Of a stretch of 64,000 bases of DNA, positions 13,433 to 26,500 are shown in pieces. Source of the stretch: Phoronis australis (taxonomy: Eukaryota > Animalia > Phoronida). Position 1 is the first letter of the stretch. Each line of letters starts with the position of its first letter. The DNA is taken from NCBI GenBank assembly GCA_002633005.1, contig NMRA01000200.1:344527-408526 (forward strand), read 5' to 3'. The position numbers and the translations under genes are program-made. The notes below the pieces were generated by a model that saw only the letters and a program-made list of their open reading frames with translations, was not told the DNA's origin and did not search any database.

Positions 13433-15028
13433 TTATAACTTATATGTTTTATAGTGTTTGTGAAGTGTTTTGATTCAGGAAAGTAGCTTTTGTCATTCTA
13501 TGTTTGAGAATGTAGTGATTTTGTGAATGACATATATATTTTCTAATGCTATGTTGTTACAAATCTTCTTAAGTGTTGGAATGCTTGTGTCAATCAAGTC
13601 TGGACACATCTTCACTCTGTCCACCTGTTGATATTGATATTACTGGCAAAAAATAATATACCATATTTATTGTTTGCCCCCAGAACACTTTTGTTGTTTA
13701 TTTATTGACATGTAATGATCATTCACTCAATGAGAAGTGTTCAGACAACTGTACTGTTCCAATGAAGGAATTTGGAGTACCCCACTGTCTGCACCTTTAG
13801 TGATGATTCTGGACCGATGCCTGTCATACAAGTTGAATGGTTCTAAATAACCTTTTGACATCAGGCTGGTTCTTCTCAATCAACAGAATAAAAATGTCAA
13901 AGGTTATTTTCTACTTTATCTGATATTTACTTTAAGCACTCGTTTGCAAAGTCGTTAAAATGAACCCACAATATTTTATACAAAACTCTTGATTCATTTG
14001 AAAATAACAAGATATCGATGGAAATTGACTCGCATGGTAAAAGCTATGTGGGAGTTACTCTGTATTCAAAATCGGTAATGATCACTGGCCCCTTAAACAG
14101 CTTTCAACTATTTTTTGTTTCTTGGGTCTCTCTTGATAGGACATGCCTCTTCATTACGTCACACTTTATAGATGAATGGACGTGGATAAAACCTCATTTT
14201 ATTGGTACTTAAACAATTTCGAACTTCGCCCCAGAAACTGAACGGTCCTTAAAATACGGAATGCTTCTAAGGATGGATTTCTTATGAAATCAGTATATGT
14301 TATACTTCCAAGACGTCACAGCGATATTTTGAATATTGTAGAACTTCTACAGCACGTTGTTCGCGCCTTTTTGTTACATGGACAACATATTGGGGTGAAA
14401 CTTGGTTGTTGCAGAGTTATTTCAAGCCTAAATCTGGTATATCTTCAAGTAATCAAGAATACGCTGAAAACTGCTTAACGGATTTTTAGCATGTGTTTTT
14501 AAATCCGCGATAAAATGTTAATTGATGTCTTGAAAATTTATTTGTGTTTCAACGGAGCAGAGTAAGTTAGCAGTTTAAATTACTTTTCAAACAATATTAT
14601 TCACCGTTTATCTGTCAGTTGCTCACTATTGAGTGGCTATTATCCCGCCGTCTGTTCCAAAAACGAAATTTTTCTTTAAATTACTTTCAGTTATGAAACA
14701 AGCTCATAATTCTACTTTAGTCAAGGTGTGATTTCTTTGCGTCTTGAAAGGAACTGACAGGTCGTTATTGCTTGAAATCAAGCTCTACAAGTTGACTTGT
14801 CACGTCGTCTCATTTTATTAGCCGAGCATTGAGGAATAACAAATCGTCAGTTCTAATTGCAAGATTAAAAATCACTTCTCTTCGAGCAACGAACACGTTG
14901 AAGTCAATTTCGCAGCAGTAACTGGTCTAAATCCCAACTTAATTCGTACGAGGGAACGAGCGTTTATTGCCAAATCGTGTGTATGAATGACATGGAATAA
15001 TATAATTGAAGTTTTAATAGCAGCTCAT

Positions 15029-15273
15029 GGGCCCGTTCCAACAACATTGACTTAGCTAAGACAAATCTTAAATTTTAATAAATTTTAAAATAAAAGTTAA
15101 TTTTGTCTCAAAACCAATTCAAGAAAGAGGTCTCAAGTTTGTCTTAAGTTTGACATAAGTTTGGTCTTAATTTTGACTAACTTACCGAATATGGAAGTTT
15201 CAAAGTTAGGAAGTTTAGACAAATCTTAAACGTAATTCAAAATGAACTTCAGTCAGTTTCTTGGAACAGTCCC
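15029..15273. mobile_element. PIF/Harbinger-like MITE
   Basis: Imperfect TIR GGGCCCGTTCCAACAA..TGACT / AGTCAGTTTCTTGGAACAGTCCC. TSD not recognisable. Confidence 0.55.
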
Positions 15274-15994
15274 TTTATCTATAGTTACATTTGTCGAAAA
15301 CCCCTTAATGCAGCTTCTCTGTCACATATTCTATAATAATTTCAACACTTTAATGTAATACCTTTCGTGCCTACAAATTTGCCTCTGTACTTTGTACACT
15401 ATGCAAACTCAGTTTTTATAGTTTTTAAAATATTCTAAATAAGTTTCTTTAAAGCCATTTTCAATGATCCTCTATCAAAATTTGACATACTTTTTCGTTT
15501 TTGCTTCAGTGAACCTCTTATTTGAATTTAATGTAGTTTTTTTAGTTTTGTTAGAATGATAACTGGGCAAAACGTTACAATCAGTATCGTACAGAAGGGG
15601 TGGTCGATTTGAAGTTAAATTGAATAAAGTTTCTAGTTTATGTTTTATCTTTTTTACTTTTCTTAGTCCTGGGGTTTATTTGAGTGGAGGGAGGGGCATC
15701 CACTCGTCCTGGACATCAACAAACCTCTGCACGATATTGTTACAGTCATGATTGTTAATTATTTAATAACATAAGTGCACTATTTTTCGAACGGCGCCAT
15801 AATCGTGTACACAAATTACGACAATAAAACTCTTGTGAAGCGTAAAACTGGCGTCCGTCTGTTACCAATTGCCATTGTTCATTTTCCTTAATAGCAGTCG
15901 TTTTGACGGAAGATTATCAAAAAGTATTACACTCGAGCAGTTCCTAGTGTGGACAACATGTACGGTAAGTCAGTTATGGCAGTATCCTGTAGCT

Positions 15995-16618
15995 TTAGGA
16001 TGAACCGGAAGTGCTGACGCCAGTGATTCGATGAACGTGTCTCATGTCTGAAAGAGTAGCTGGTATTTTTGATGGATCCTGGCCTTTACAATGGGGACAT
16101 AGACATAGGCTATGCCATCTGTTCAAATGTAACCAATGTTCGTGTAAAGGAATGGTCGGTGCACGAGAAGTGGTAGCTGATAACCTTGACATACTGGGAA
16201 GTAATGTTGGACTGGAGAACATTACATCAGGTGTGATAACCCGTGACGGAACAGGGCTAATATCGTTCACAAGTTTTTTCATTTCTTCCAAAGAATTCGT
16301 CAACATTAAAATGTAGTTTCTTGCTAAAAGCAAGGTGGCGATCTTCGACAATTTTCTAACAGAGGGGCCGTGTGCGTAAGGCATAACTTCACGTAGTCCA
16401 TCCAAGGCCGTGTTTAAATCGTGCATTCGCTTTCGCTCGCGTCCGTTGATTTTTAGCCGTAAATCTTGCAATTCCTCTTCGCTCATATGTTTGTCCATAG
16501 CCAACTTTTTGCGTCGAATTTTTCCAGTTTTTAAGCAAGTTGATAAATTTGGTTCAATTTGACGCTCTTGTACCTTGTGTTGACACTCAGTACGATGTTC
16601 ACCGTCTTCTCCCTCCAT
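15995..16618 (-). CDS. Olig: Olig-family (Olig2/Olig3-like) bHLH transcription factor, uninterrupted CDS, 207 aa from first ATG
   Basis: b[68 protein letters not shown] is near-identical to vertebrate Olig2/3 and differs from Beta3/BHLHE22 (RLNINARERRR..YAHSPS). C-terminal W..LCLCPHC motif. The ORF track starts at GTG 16642; the first ATG is at 16618. Confidence 0.95.
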   Translation of the reverse strand: MEGEDGEHRTECQHKVQERQIEPNLSTCLKTGKIRRKKLAMDKHMSEEELQDLRLKINGRERKRMHDLNTALDGLREVMPYAHGPSVRKLSKIATLLLARNYILMLTNSLEEMKKLVNDISPVPSRVITPDVMFSSPTLLPSMSRLSATTSRAPTIPLHEHWLHLNRWHSLCLCPHCKGQDPSKIPATLSDMRHVHRITGVSTSGSS

Positions 16619-17506
16619 GTATGATATCTTTAACTCGATCACGTAAAGGTACTTCAGATATCTTCAAAACTACAAGTGCCTGCAAACGTACACAACTACT
16701 GTGTCTTTTCTCACCTTGTATGGATGATTCTTTTCCACTTGTAACTACTGTCTCTCAGTGACATGACACTTTCTTATTAACTGCGGTCTGTCATTAATGT
16801 TTGATTGACGAGAGTCGAGCGATCTTCAATGGTCATTTCATTTATTGTGGGCGTGGTCAAGAGATGCCAAACACCACTTGTGACGATTATTTTTTTCACA
16901 AACAGTTTCAAAAACTGTTAGACAGAAAAGATGTCAAAATATTACAAAGCCCCAGCTGGTATAGACGATAGTCGATAAAGGATATTCATTGTATTGCAAT
17001 AACTTAATGTAAATTGAAAAAAAAAATAAATCAGACTTCATTACTGAAACAAATAGCTACTAAAATAATGAAAGTTTTTTTCATTTTTAGGTGACGTATA
17101 AATTGTGTGGAAATGGCGATATCAGCTACAACACAGGAACATTACCATGTAATCATAACGCTAGCATTAACGTCGTTAATTGTATGTGTTCGTAAGTAGT
17201 ATTTAACCAAACAAGGTGATCTTAAAGTTAAAACTTGTAAGAATTAGAATACATCCCGATGAAGATTTTAAAAGTATAAATCTTATTGACAACTTTGCCA
17301 AGTAATGGAAGATTGATGCTAGAGTACACGCACTCACTAAAATTATAATATAAAAATAATTGCAAGCGGTCTGATACCCGTTGTACCAGACGTGCGCAGG
17401 CCTCGCATGTGGGCCCATTGCAGTGATCACCTGGAAATATTTTTATGCTTTATTAATATGTGGTTAAAACCGAGCTGAGGAGCTAGAAACCTGGCTCAAG
17501 GGTTTA

Positions 17507-17582
17507 GCAGTGTGACCTGGTGGGACTTGATCTCACGACCTCGAGTAAAGAAAGCGGGCTCTTATCAACCAGGCCACACTGC
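17507..17582 (-). mobile_element. tRNA-derived SINE head
   Basis: Minus strand has A-box-like TGGCCTGGTTGA and B-box-like GAGATCAAGTCCC, followed by a CCCTTGAGC SINE-body-like motif. Not an intact tRNA. Confidence 0.55.
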
Positions 17583-19939
17583 CTCCTCCCCTCACCAAAA
17601 TTAGTCTCAGGACCGATTGAATGTAGGAGAACTGTGACATGACGTCAGTCAACATGACTGACCAAACGCAGACACGTTCTGCGAGTATTTTTAAAGCCCG
17701 CATGATGAGCTAGCCAGACTTTCAAAACTGTTATGTAATCAGTAATTACGAAGTATCACGGCGCGATCTTGGGTATTCTTTTGTGATATCCTTGAGTTTT
17801 TACTGAAAGGGGTTATCACGCCTTCTATCAAATGTCGACTTCCGATTTGGGCCACGTACTCAGATTATTTTTTGGCCAGGTTAGAAGGGGTCTCTATGCT
17901 TAAGAAAAATTCAGATGTCATTAATGCCTCATCCAAAATTATCACGGCGGGTTAGTTTCTATCGCCAAAGCAAGTGGTCGTCAATGGAATCCCAGGCGAC
18001 TAATTTTAACCAGTTTCAATTGAGACAATGTAGAACACTATGGCCTTGCTTTGAAAGTGTTCATACGCCCGTGAATAAAGCTGAGGTTTTAACTCCAGTA
18101 AAACACTTATGGTTAAAACGGCTATTAATCGCCTTCCATCGCAAAAAGACAACGCAATAAGGCCACTTTTACCAGTATGAAATTTGTCTCAGATCGTCTC
18201 TTTAACCAGAGCCTCGAAAGAACTGACAGCTCGTTATTTCTTTAAACTAACTCTTGACAGAAGATTTCAGGTTATTAAGTGGCTTGAAATTTCAGTTATT
18301 AGCTTCATCCTTTGAGCTTCATCTGATGAAATAACGAATCACTAGTTCTTTCTTTCCTAACGGACAGACATCACTCAGTTCTAAACTGATTAAGGATACT
18401 TAAGACCATTTCTCTAACGGTAGCCCTATATGGACTAAATCATATCTTGTATTTCACACAAAGCTTGATGCAGCTTAAAGTATTATTATTGAATGCCATC
18501 AATATACTGATTTTCTGCTTATTCCACTTTCTACTTGGTTTTACCTGTCGCGGAACATAACATAATATAATTGATCTTATATGAAACGTAAACAATCAGT
18601 GTTTTGATGCCGTGTTTATAAAAACACGACCTCTTCGCCAATGACCAACTCGTGTTTGTTATCCGCAATGCCACGGTCAGATAGTTGTTTTGGCCTCCAA
18701 GATATGAGACTACGGATCAGTCAAGCCGTGTCAGCTAAACGGACATGTGTTTGCTAGCATAAACATAAAGAAAAACATTAAAACTTCTCTTGCTGTTTGC
18801 GTGCTATTTCGTGACAGATTTGTAGGTATTTGTGTGGGAATTTTAAAATAGAACTCTCGAAGAAATGGAAGAAAATTACAACTTTTCCACGAAATATTTG
18901 TTCAAGAAGTGAAAGAAAGTCGTAGATAATCTTAATCATCGACTTATATACTGCCCTAATACGAAAATGATTGAGTAAGTCACACATTTTAAAATAGTTT
19001 GGGGGAGAAGGTTGACTTATCCGTGTGTTAAAGTGGTTAAGTTTCAGTTTACTTCAGTACTTAGACCTCTGGACTATATACACGGTTAACAAATACAAAT
19101 TCGAAACTAAGTTTGAACGATTTAAAAACGGAGTTTGATTAAAGAGGCATAGAACGCGAAAAACAAAATAAATTGCATTATTCGAAGTGGTTTTCTGCCA
19201 CTGAAACAGAAATCATGAGACATTTTTACGCTTTACAAGTAAAGGTTTTGAATTTCTATGGATGTCCAAGCAGTTTGCTTTTAGTTTTAAAGTTAAAAAA
19301 TCGATCTGTCAATTGCACGCCACTTCGTCAACTTTTCTCTCACAAGGCAAAGCACGTCTCCTTATTTAGTATGGCAAGACATAGAAGTAGCACATTTTCC
19401 TTATATGGAAAATGTGACTTTTGACATTTGGTGCAAACAAAATAGTGGCGACTTCAAGTAGCAATCGGATTAAGAGGCAATTGATGTTTGAAATTAGTTA
19501 CAAAAGTATCGCAGTATTATATAAATATATTCTGAAATTCTCTTAGGGAACTCTCTTGCTTCACTGGCTTGCTTCATACCTTAGTGCCGACCTCAGATTC
19601 ATGGAACGGTCACACATGATAATCTGCTCTTAATATCCTTCTTGTCCATCAGCTATTTGTTGTATGACAGTGAGCGCACGTGCGCATTTATCATTAGAGG
19701 GAGGAAGATTAGAAATTCTGTGGTGACTATCAGAGAGTTTTTCCTTAGCGCGTATTTCAAAACCCGTTATAAGGGGAAAGAGAATAACTCTGTAATAGAC
19801 GTTGCGAAATGATACTTTCGTAAGGAATTGTTTCAACGAAATTTTTGACAAGGTTTCGTGTTCCATTGATTGTGGAGTGCAGGAATGGCAACTGGAAATA
19901 GGTAGTTTAAATAAATTTCATAGTCTTATTAAACGTGAT

Positions 19940-20325
19940 CTTGTTAGCGAGCAATAGTGAACTTGCGCAGTTTCGATGTTCGGGTCACTCACTTAATATA
20001 GAGAAAGATAGACGTATGGATATTCCTAGAAGTGAGAGAATATGCGGCATATACAGTCTGGGTGAAATTGAAGATGAGCCTCATTCCATGTGTCCATGCC
20101 CTGTACTTGGAGACCTTAGAAAAATCTAGCAGAGCTTGTGAATGTTAACTCTTCTCTTGTTAGGTTATTCCAACAGAAAATCTTGACAGTATCCAACGCC
20201 TTGCGTTGCATATCCAAAAGGCTACTGCTTTAAGAGAGGAACTGCTCTCTGAGTAAATACTCTGAATATACAGTTGAATTCATGTAGGCAATGGCTACCA
20301 TGTACAATAAATGATATTGAATTAT
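19940..20325 (+). mobile_element. 3' fragment of a non-LTR retrotransposon (RTEX/CR1-group-like C-terminal Cys/His motif)
   Basis: LAQFRCSGHSLNIE..R...RSERIC....GEIEDE.H..C.CP..DLR matches the RxSxHxLxIE/ERxC..EDExH..C tail of LINE ORF2. It is followed by AATAAA and a short ATTGA-type tail. Confidence 0.75.
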
Positions 20326-20839
20326 TGCAGTCCCGGGACTACTAATTTACAATGCCCTCTGACATGAAAAGTTCAAAAGGTAGGTCAATGTCGAATAGAC
20401 GTTACCTTGTTCGATCATCGAATTTTCCCAAAATAGTTTAAAGTAAGAAAATTGCAGCAGTATGAGTAACACTCAACATGTAAACATTTCCAAAACATAA
20501 AATCTGGTGCAAAACTTTTAACTGTATGACACTTCTGTCACAGTTTTATTTGCTGCAACGCAGGCCCCGAATTCCTCAGTAACTAAGGTGCTCAATATTG
20601 TTAATTATTTTCAGAACGTCTTAAAAGTTCAGTGCACAATCCCCATTGTTTTCATCTTTGTTATCTCTTTTCAAATAATAATTCGTTACAATTAAAAATG
20701 ATTTTATTTTTTTACCATAGAAAACTTGTAACATAGCGCGCAAGTACATACATATAGGATGTGATCCTCCACGTGAAGTATTTAATAAACTGCGAAAAAA
20801 ATGAAAGAAACTTAGGAATTCGGAGCGCATGGAATAACT

Positions 20840-20986
20840 ACAAAACGTACCTCGATTGATGTAGATAGGGAAATAACTCACTCTATATTATTTCGCTTAT
20901 CGACCGAGACCGAAGGTCGAGGTCCATACGCGGAATAATATCAAGTGGGACAATATCTCATCTACGTCACTCTCGCTACGTTTTGT
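20840..20986. mobile_element. Palindromic non-autonomous element with central GACCGAAGGTC hairpin (Crypton-like by inference)
   Basis: Arms ACAAAACGTA..TGATGTAGAT..CACT..TATTATT / AATAATA..AGTG..ATCTACGTCA..TACGTTTTGT around the centre CGAGACCGAAGGTCGAGG. Confidence 0.55.
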
Positions 20987-23046
20987 GTATATATTCACTA
21001 ATTTAGAGCACGTGATGAGTTTTGTCAGCAGAAAGATGTCATTAAAATATAAAAAATTCGTAATTTTCAGGTCCGTGTTTACCTTATTTTACAATTATTT
21101 TTAATTTATTTTAAGAAGTGGAAGCCTCATTACATATGAAGACAGTTGAGCGAGTACCCATAATTCATGAGCCAGATGCCACTCATCACCGCGGCCATTT
21201 TAGGAAGTGGTGCACCACCAAACATAAAAATTAAGCTAAAGAATTATTCGGATAAGTTTGAAAATATTCGGGCTTGTATTGAATGAGCATTATTTGGGCT
21301 TTAAGTTTCTTCTGAACTAACTTTCGTTAAAATCTGTTTTATAAAGTTCTTAACTAAAATGAAGCGGAACGGGTATCTTTAAGCAAAACAATTTTTACTA
21401 GAAGAATGCCGGCATATCATTTCAAATCAGTAAAAACGTAAGTGCCTAAATACACGTAGCCAACGGTAATAGGCCTACACATGATTCAATCAGGAAGTGA
21501 AGACGGGGTGGGTAACTTCCCGTCCTATTTATAAGGTCTATACCTCAGCTTTTATTCGAAATGCGGCGTTTGTTTTTTCATGGAGTTCACGAAAAATCAA
21601 TCCAGACAGTTTGTTATTATTGACTTGAGACCAGTCTCGACACGTCTGGATTATCACGACGAGTCATTTTGTGCGACGAGTATATAATTGCTACACCGGA
21701 AATCATTCGTCATTGGAAGTAGAAACAAGTCGTAAATATAGTTCATTTCGGTAATTTAGTGGTGAAAAAAGCCTAAGTCAAAACTTTTCTTTGACGGTCG
21801 AAGACAAGAATATACCAGCTTTAGGATAGCTCTTTAAACACAGTTTTGTAGCCATGAGGGTCCGTAACTGGTGATTTTGTATTGCGTTGACTGAAGGAGT
21901 GTTCCGGCAATAGCATAATCCCACGTACGTGAAACTACCCATTCCTAGAAATTTAAGAAGTTGAAAATTTATGCGATGCAGAATGATTTTATCGTCTGAG
22001 AAATGCATTTCGAAAGAAGTGTTTTTCTATGCTTTAGACGTTCTCATTGACATAGAATTTAAGCAGACGATCGTCTGTTGTAATATCATACTTCTATTGG
22101 ATTTCGCTTCTAGATACATTTGACGGACAATTTATGTTCGGAATTAAAGTTCGTATTGTCCATTGTCGTATTGTCGTCGCTGGCGATCTCACTCTATGCA
22201 TCCATCGGGGAAATAACTCGTTCTGTATCTTGGTCAATATGACCCCAAGGATTTGTAAAAAATATCTGTCACAGTTGGATTAATGCCCGAAGTGCCTGTT
22301 TGTCGAGTCTGGTGATAACGATCTGTTCACAAATCACAGCCAATAATCATTCCCAAAACCTGTGCGCTATTTGTATGGCCAGTGATAAGGGCCAAGTCAA
22401 ATTTCGACGGCCGGTATAATGAAGCAAGCGGTCACACTGCGTTCAAGTCTAAATAAACATATCACGACAAATTTCTGCGCTAATCAGTTTTTTATGATTT
22501 TGCCGGAATGTTATACTTTTTACATTACATAACAACATTATTAAAAACAACGCTCAATCCAAATAGCTCAGTTGGCTCGGCAATCCGACTATAAGCCTAC
22601 TTTGTCAAGAAAGTTAAGTCAGTTTCCTTGGCTTCTCGTTGCCCCGTGACGGCGTCGTACAGTGCGTGGTGTATTGGCCACTGTATGCAAAAGTGCCGTA
22701 ATGATAGATCTCGCGTATCGAAAGAGAGTTGTTATGGGCGGGGCAGGCGCAATTCTAATATTCAAAGAGTAGCGCTAAAGCCCATCTGCTCCTCCACTGT
22801 ACTCAGCTGCCCCGCGCCGGCAGTCAGGGTACACATTCCGAGTTCGGATGGAAGTTAAAAAAATGACAATTTTCATGTACACTGTTACTTTTATTCCGCC
22901 TAAAACAACAAATACAGAAACTGATTTCACAGTCCTGGATGCAAGGAATTTGTTGTCTCCGGCCAGGCATGAGTCGATGCAGTATTTTTCTCCGAAGGCC
23001 GGGGCTGGAAAACGTCGCTAATGCCAGTGCCCAGCCGATGTAGCAT

Positions 23047-23102
23047 AAATAATGACCCCGTGAAAAATGACCCATAGGTAATTTTTCACGGGGTCATTAT
23101 TT
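23047..23102. repeat. Perfect 22-bp inverted repeat about 420 bp upstream of the CTU1 ATG
   Basis: AAATAATGACCCCGTGAAAAAT / ATTTTTCACGGGGTCATTATTT with a 12-nt spacer. Confidence 0.9.
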
Positions 23103-23520
23103 AATGATACTTACTGTACAATACTAACGGAACACTACTTGTTGGCGGGCGCCATCGGCCGGCTTCTCACTCAAAATGAGACGTTATACTTATGTATACT
23201 TCGCTGCGTAACTATGACACCAGATTTTATAGCAGCAGTGACGCAATTTGAATTACGTAGGTAGTTAATATAAATGTAGAGGATAAAGCAACCTTCTTTG
23301 CATAAGCAAAAAGAAAAGTTAACATCCTTCAACTGATTCCATCGTTGTTTAGCACAAATATGCGAGCCTCAGTATCTTTAGTTGTAGCATAGACTATGTA
23401 GTCATGCTTGCCGGGGGTTTGAATGATGCATCGTCCAATAGATGTCGCGCTTAAGGGTAGTTTTCAGTGTGTGGAGATATTAAATAATGTTTTCATGCAT
23501 TTTGCATTGAATTGAACAAA

Positions 23521-26500
23521 ATGCCAGTGAAGTGCGACATTTGTGAAAAGGCAGCCGTTTTAAGAAGGCCAAAGACCGTAAGGACGAATGTTTATTGTTA
23601 TAGAATGCTTATATGCTTCAATTGTGATGGGTTTATTTTTATTTAACACTTTATAACTTGTGGCCCCCAACTGTTCCAAAGCCAAGTTATCCAGTCAGGG
23701 ACGCATCCAGTCATTGCCAACTTGGCATCACAGGCGCTAGCCAGCCAGCTAGCTGTATAAAGACTATCGTCAAAATACAGCTTGGTACCACTGTGTGTTT
23801 TTCTTCCGTAGACCCCAAGTTGCGTGCAGTCAGGGCCGTTCTGCTCGTCAACTCGCCGTAAAACCTGTATCAACAGCTATAGATAGACCAAACGGGGTGC
23901 ATGCAAACTCTGGGAATCAACCGACACACCTTGCCCGTTACAACCATTCAAGTGAAAAACGTCATTTTCTTGCGTCATTCTCGACCTTTCGTAACAATGA
24001 AAAGTATGTTGTCGTTTTGAAAACCGTACGCTCATGCACAGGCACCTTTAAGTAGCCCTCTGGCTCTACAATATACCGTCAGAGGCCCTAAAGTCGTGAG
24101 TGCCCTAAAGTCGTGAACGATCTTATTTCCTCTTCTGCGCGGTCCTGCGACATCTGGCGTTGAAGTTTCCAGTGTTCGTCTGCTTACGAACGTCAAACGA
24201 ATACCCGGACGTGTTCGTATTCACAATATGATAACAAACAGTGAGTGAGTGGCTTCTTTTTTCAAATGTATCTTAAAAACAGCATATTTCACTAATTCAC
24301 TTTTTTGGGATATATTTTCGAAAATATTTATCGTTCAGATTTACTCAAACACGCGCTCCATGGGTAGCTTGAACAATGTATCAAAATGTCCCAGGGTTGA
24401 TCAAGTTTTGTAAGGCCAAAACAATAAAATACAGAGCGATAATTGATGCTGGGTTCTTAGCGTTTTACGTGAACAACCTCATTGAAAACGTCTGTGCTCA
24501 TCAAAGTTGGGTGCAAAACTTATAACAATTTATTTCAATTGAAACTGAATTAATAAACAATGCAATGCATTTTTATGTCATCTAGAGTAACTGTAAGCAC
24601 TGTAGTTGACTTGTGAGGTCTTACTTTGTGTATTTCCGTCTAACCGAAATGGTCACGACTTTAGGGCCTCATTCAAAATGGCCGCCGATATCAGCGACCG
24701 TTTCAAAACTCTGCTTACGGAGACAAACCAGGATTAAGATTGTCAAAATACGTATATTTGTGAAGGCTGACATATGTCCATGACATCACATGAGCAGTTG
24801 CTAACGGACATTGGGTAGTATGACAATCGGCACTTATTATGCTTATATTCACGACTTTAGGTCACCGGTGTATAATATAATAAAGAGAAAGGTACACAAC
24901 TGACATTCAATATGGCCGTCTGCCGGCCACTTCCGGAATAACCCCAAACACGTAAAATCTGAGTAATTTAACTCAAACATTTTATCTGCAACAGCAACAC
25001 ATTCATTGCTTCCTTTTGTTGACATCGAAACCAATAAATATCATACATACCTCTAGATCTTCCTAGTTCAATCGTCAACATTCATGACAAAGCGAAAAGC
25101 AAGAAGGCCTCATATCAGTTTCGCCTAATGCGCATGCTATTTATAATAAGCGCAGAGGCTCTTGACAGTAATTTACGAATATGTTGTCCTACCTCGCATG
25201 AGCATGTCAAAAAGCAGGGTTGTCTGTGGCCCTGTAATTCGACACTCTTTGACACAACCTTTATGACCTTTGGAAGGCCCCTTGAAAGTTTGACCTATTT
25301 TTGCTGTACCCAATCAGCGTGCTCATAGAGTAACATATAAATAATGTTGCTGTTTTTAGTTGATGTAAGCGCTCTGAAGATGTCGCGAGGGGCCTTATGA
25401 GCATGCGCATTAGGCGAAACTGATATGAGGCCTTCTTGCTTTTCGCTTTGTCGTGAATGTTGACGATTGAACTAGGAAAATCTGGAGGTATTTATGATAT
25501 TTATTGGTTTCGATGTCAACAAATGGAAGCAATGAACGTATTGCTGTCGCAGATAAAATGTTTGAGTTAAATTACTCAGATTTGACGTGTTTACGCAGTA
25601 TACAGCTTTGTACCAAGGCTACACAGGCGCTTGAGTTTATCTGTTCCTCGATCACCACTGACGTCATTCACTACTAAGAAAACATAAAGGTTGGACATTA
25701 AAATCGGTTTGCTTAAAATTTTCTACTGAAATGTGCATGAAACTCCAAGAAATCAGCATCGAGCAAATCTTTGAATACTTTCTTTCATTTTATCACTTCA
25801 AGTTGCCTTCGAGTGGTGATTTGACGACAAAAGTGTCAAAAAATGCCAAAATCACAAATTCAAAGACATTATTTTGTGACGTAAGACTTTTATGGCAGAT
25901 GACCTTTGAGCATCCGGGTTATTGGTGGACGCTCCTGAGTCCTTACGCAATTCCAGAGCTTTGTTTTCGCGCTCCCATGAATGTTATTTTTGAGTGCCCT
26001 CCACATAATTTAGTATCAGATTGAATGTATTTAAACTCTGATTACTGTTTATAACCGAAGTACCACGGGTTGCTGGCTTCTAACACTAGCCTACTGCGAA
26101 ATCTGGCAGTTACCGATAGCTGATTTACCACCACTAAACATGCAGTCAGACATCGGAAATGTCCGCCAAAAAACGAGTTTTCGTTGTGCTTCAACAAAGA
26201 GTAACACGTAATGTCAAGATCAAACACAAGATACGCGGTTTCCTGCAATTAAATTCTAGGCTCAAACTCAAAGTTTTATCTTTGACAGGTGTACAAGTTA
26301 AAGCTCTACTGAAATCCGCCATGTTATTATTTAAGGTCCTTGAATTCAGAGTTTTGAGTTTGTTTTGAAAATTCTGTTGCCAATTCACCACTCACAAGGA
26401 CAGTTTAATGGGATCAAGGAAAAATAAGGCTTCACTGGTATATACAATACCAGTCTTAGGGAGATACACAAAGATTTTATTTGGATTTGGTACAGTTGAA

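Noticed and set aside
16619-16642. GTG-initiated N-terminal extension of Olig in the ORF track
   Set aside because: Artefact of allowing alternative starts; the eukaryotic start is most likely the ATG at 16618.
17470-17500. CTGAGGA..GAAA hammerhead-like word
   Set aside because: No helix II and no valid NUH cleavage triplet.
17507-17582. Possible tRNA gene
   Set aside because: A/B boxes are degenerate, there is no proper anticodon arm, and it continues into SINE-like body sequence.
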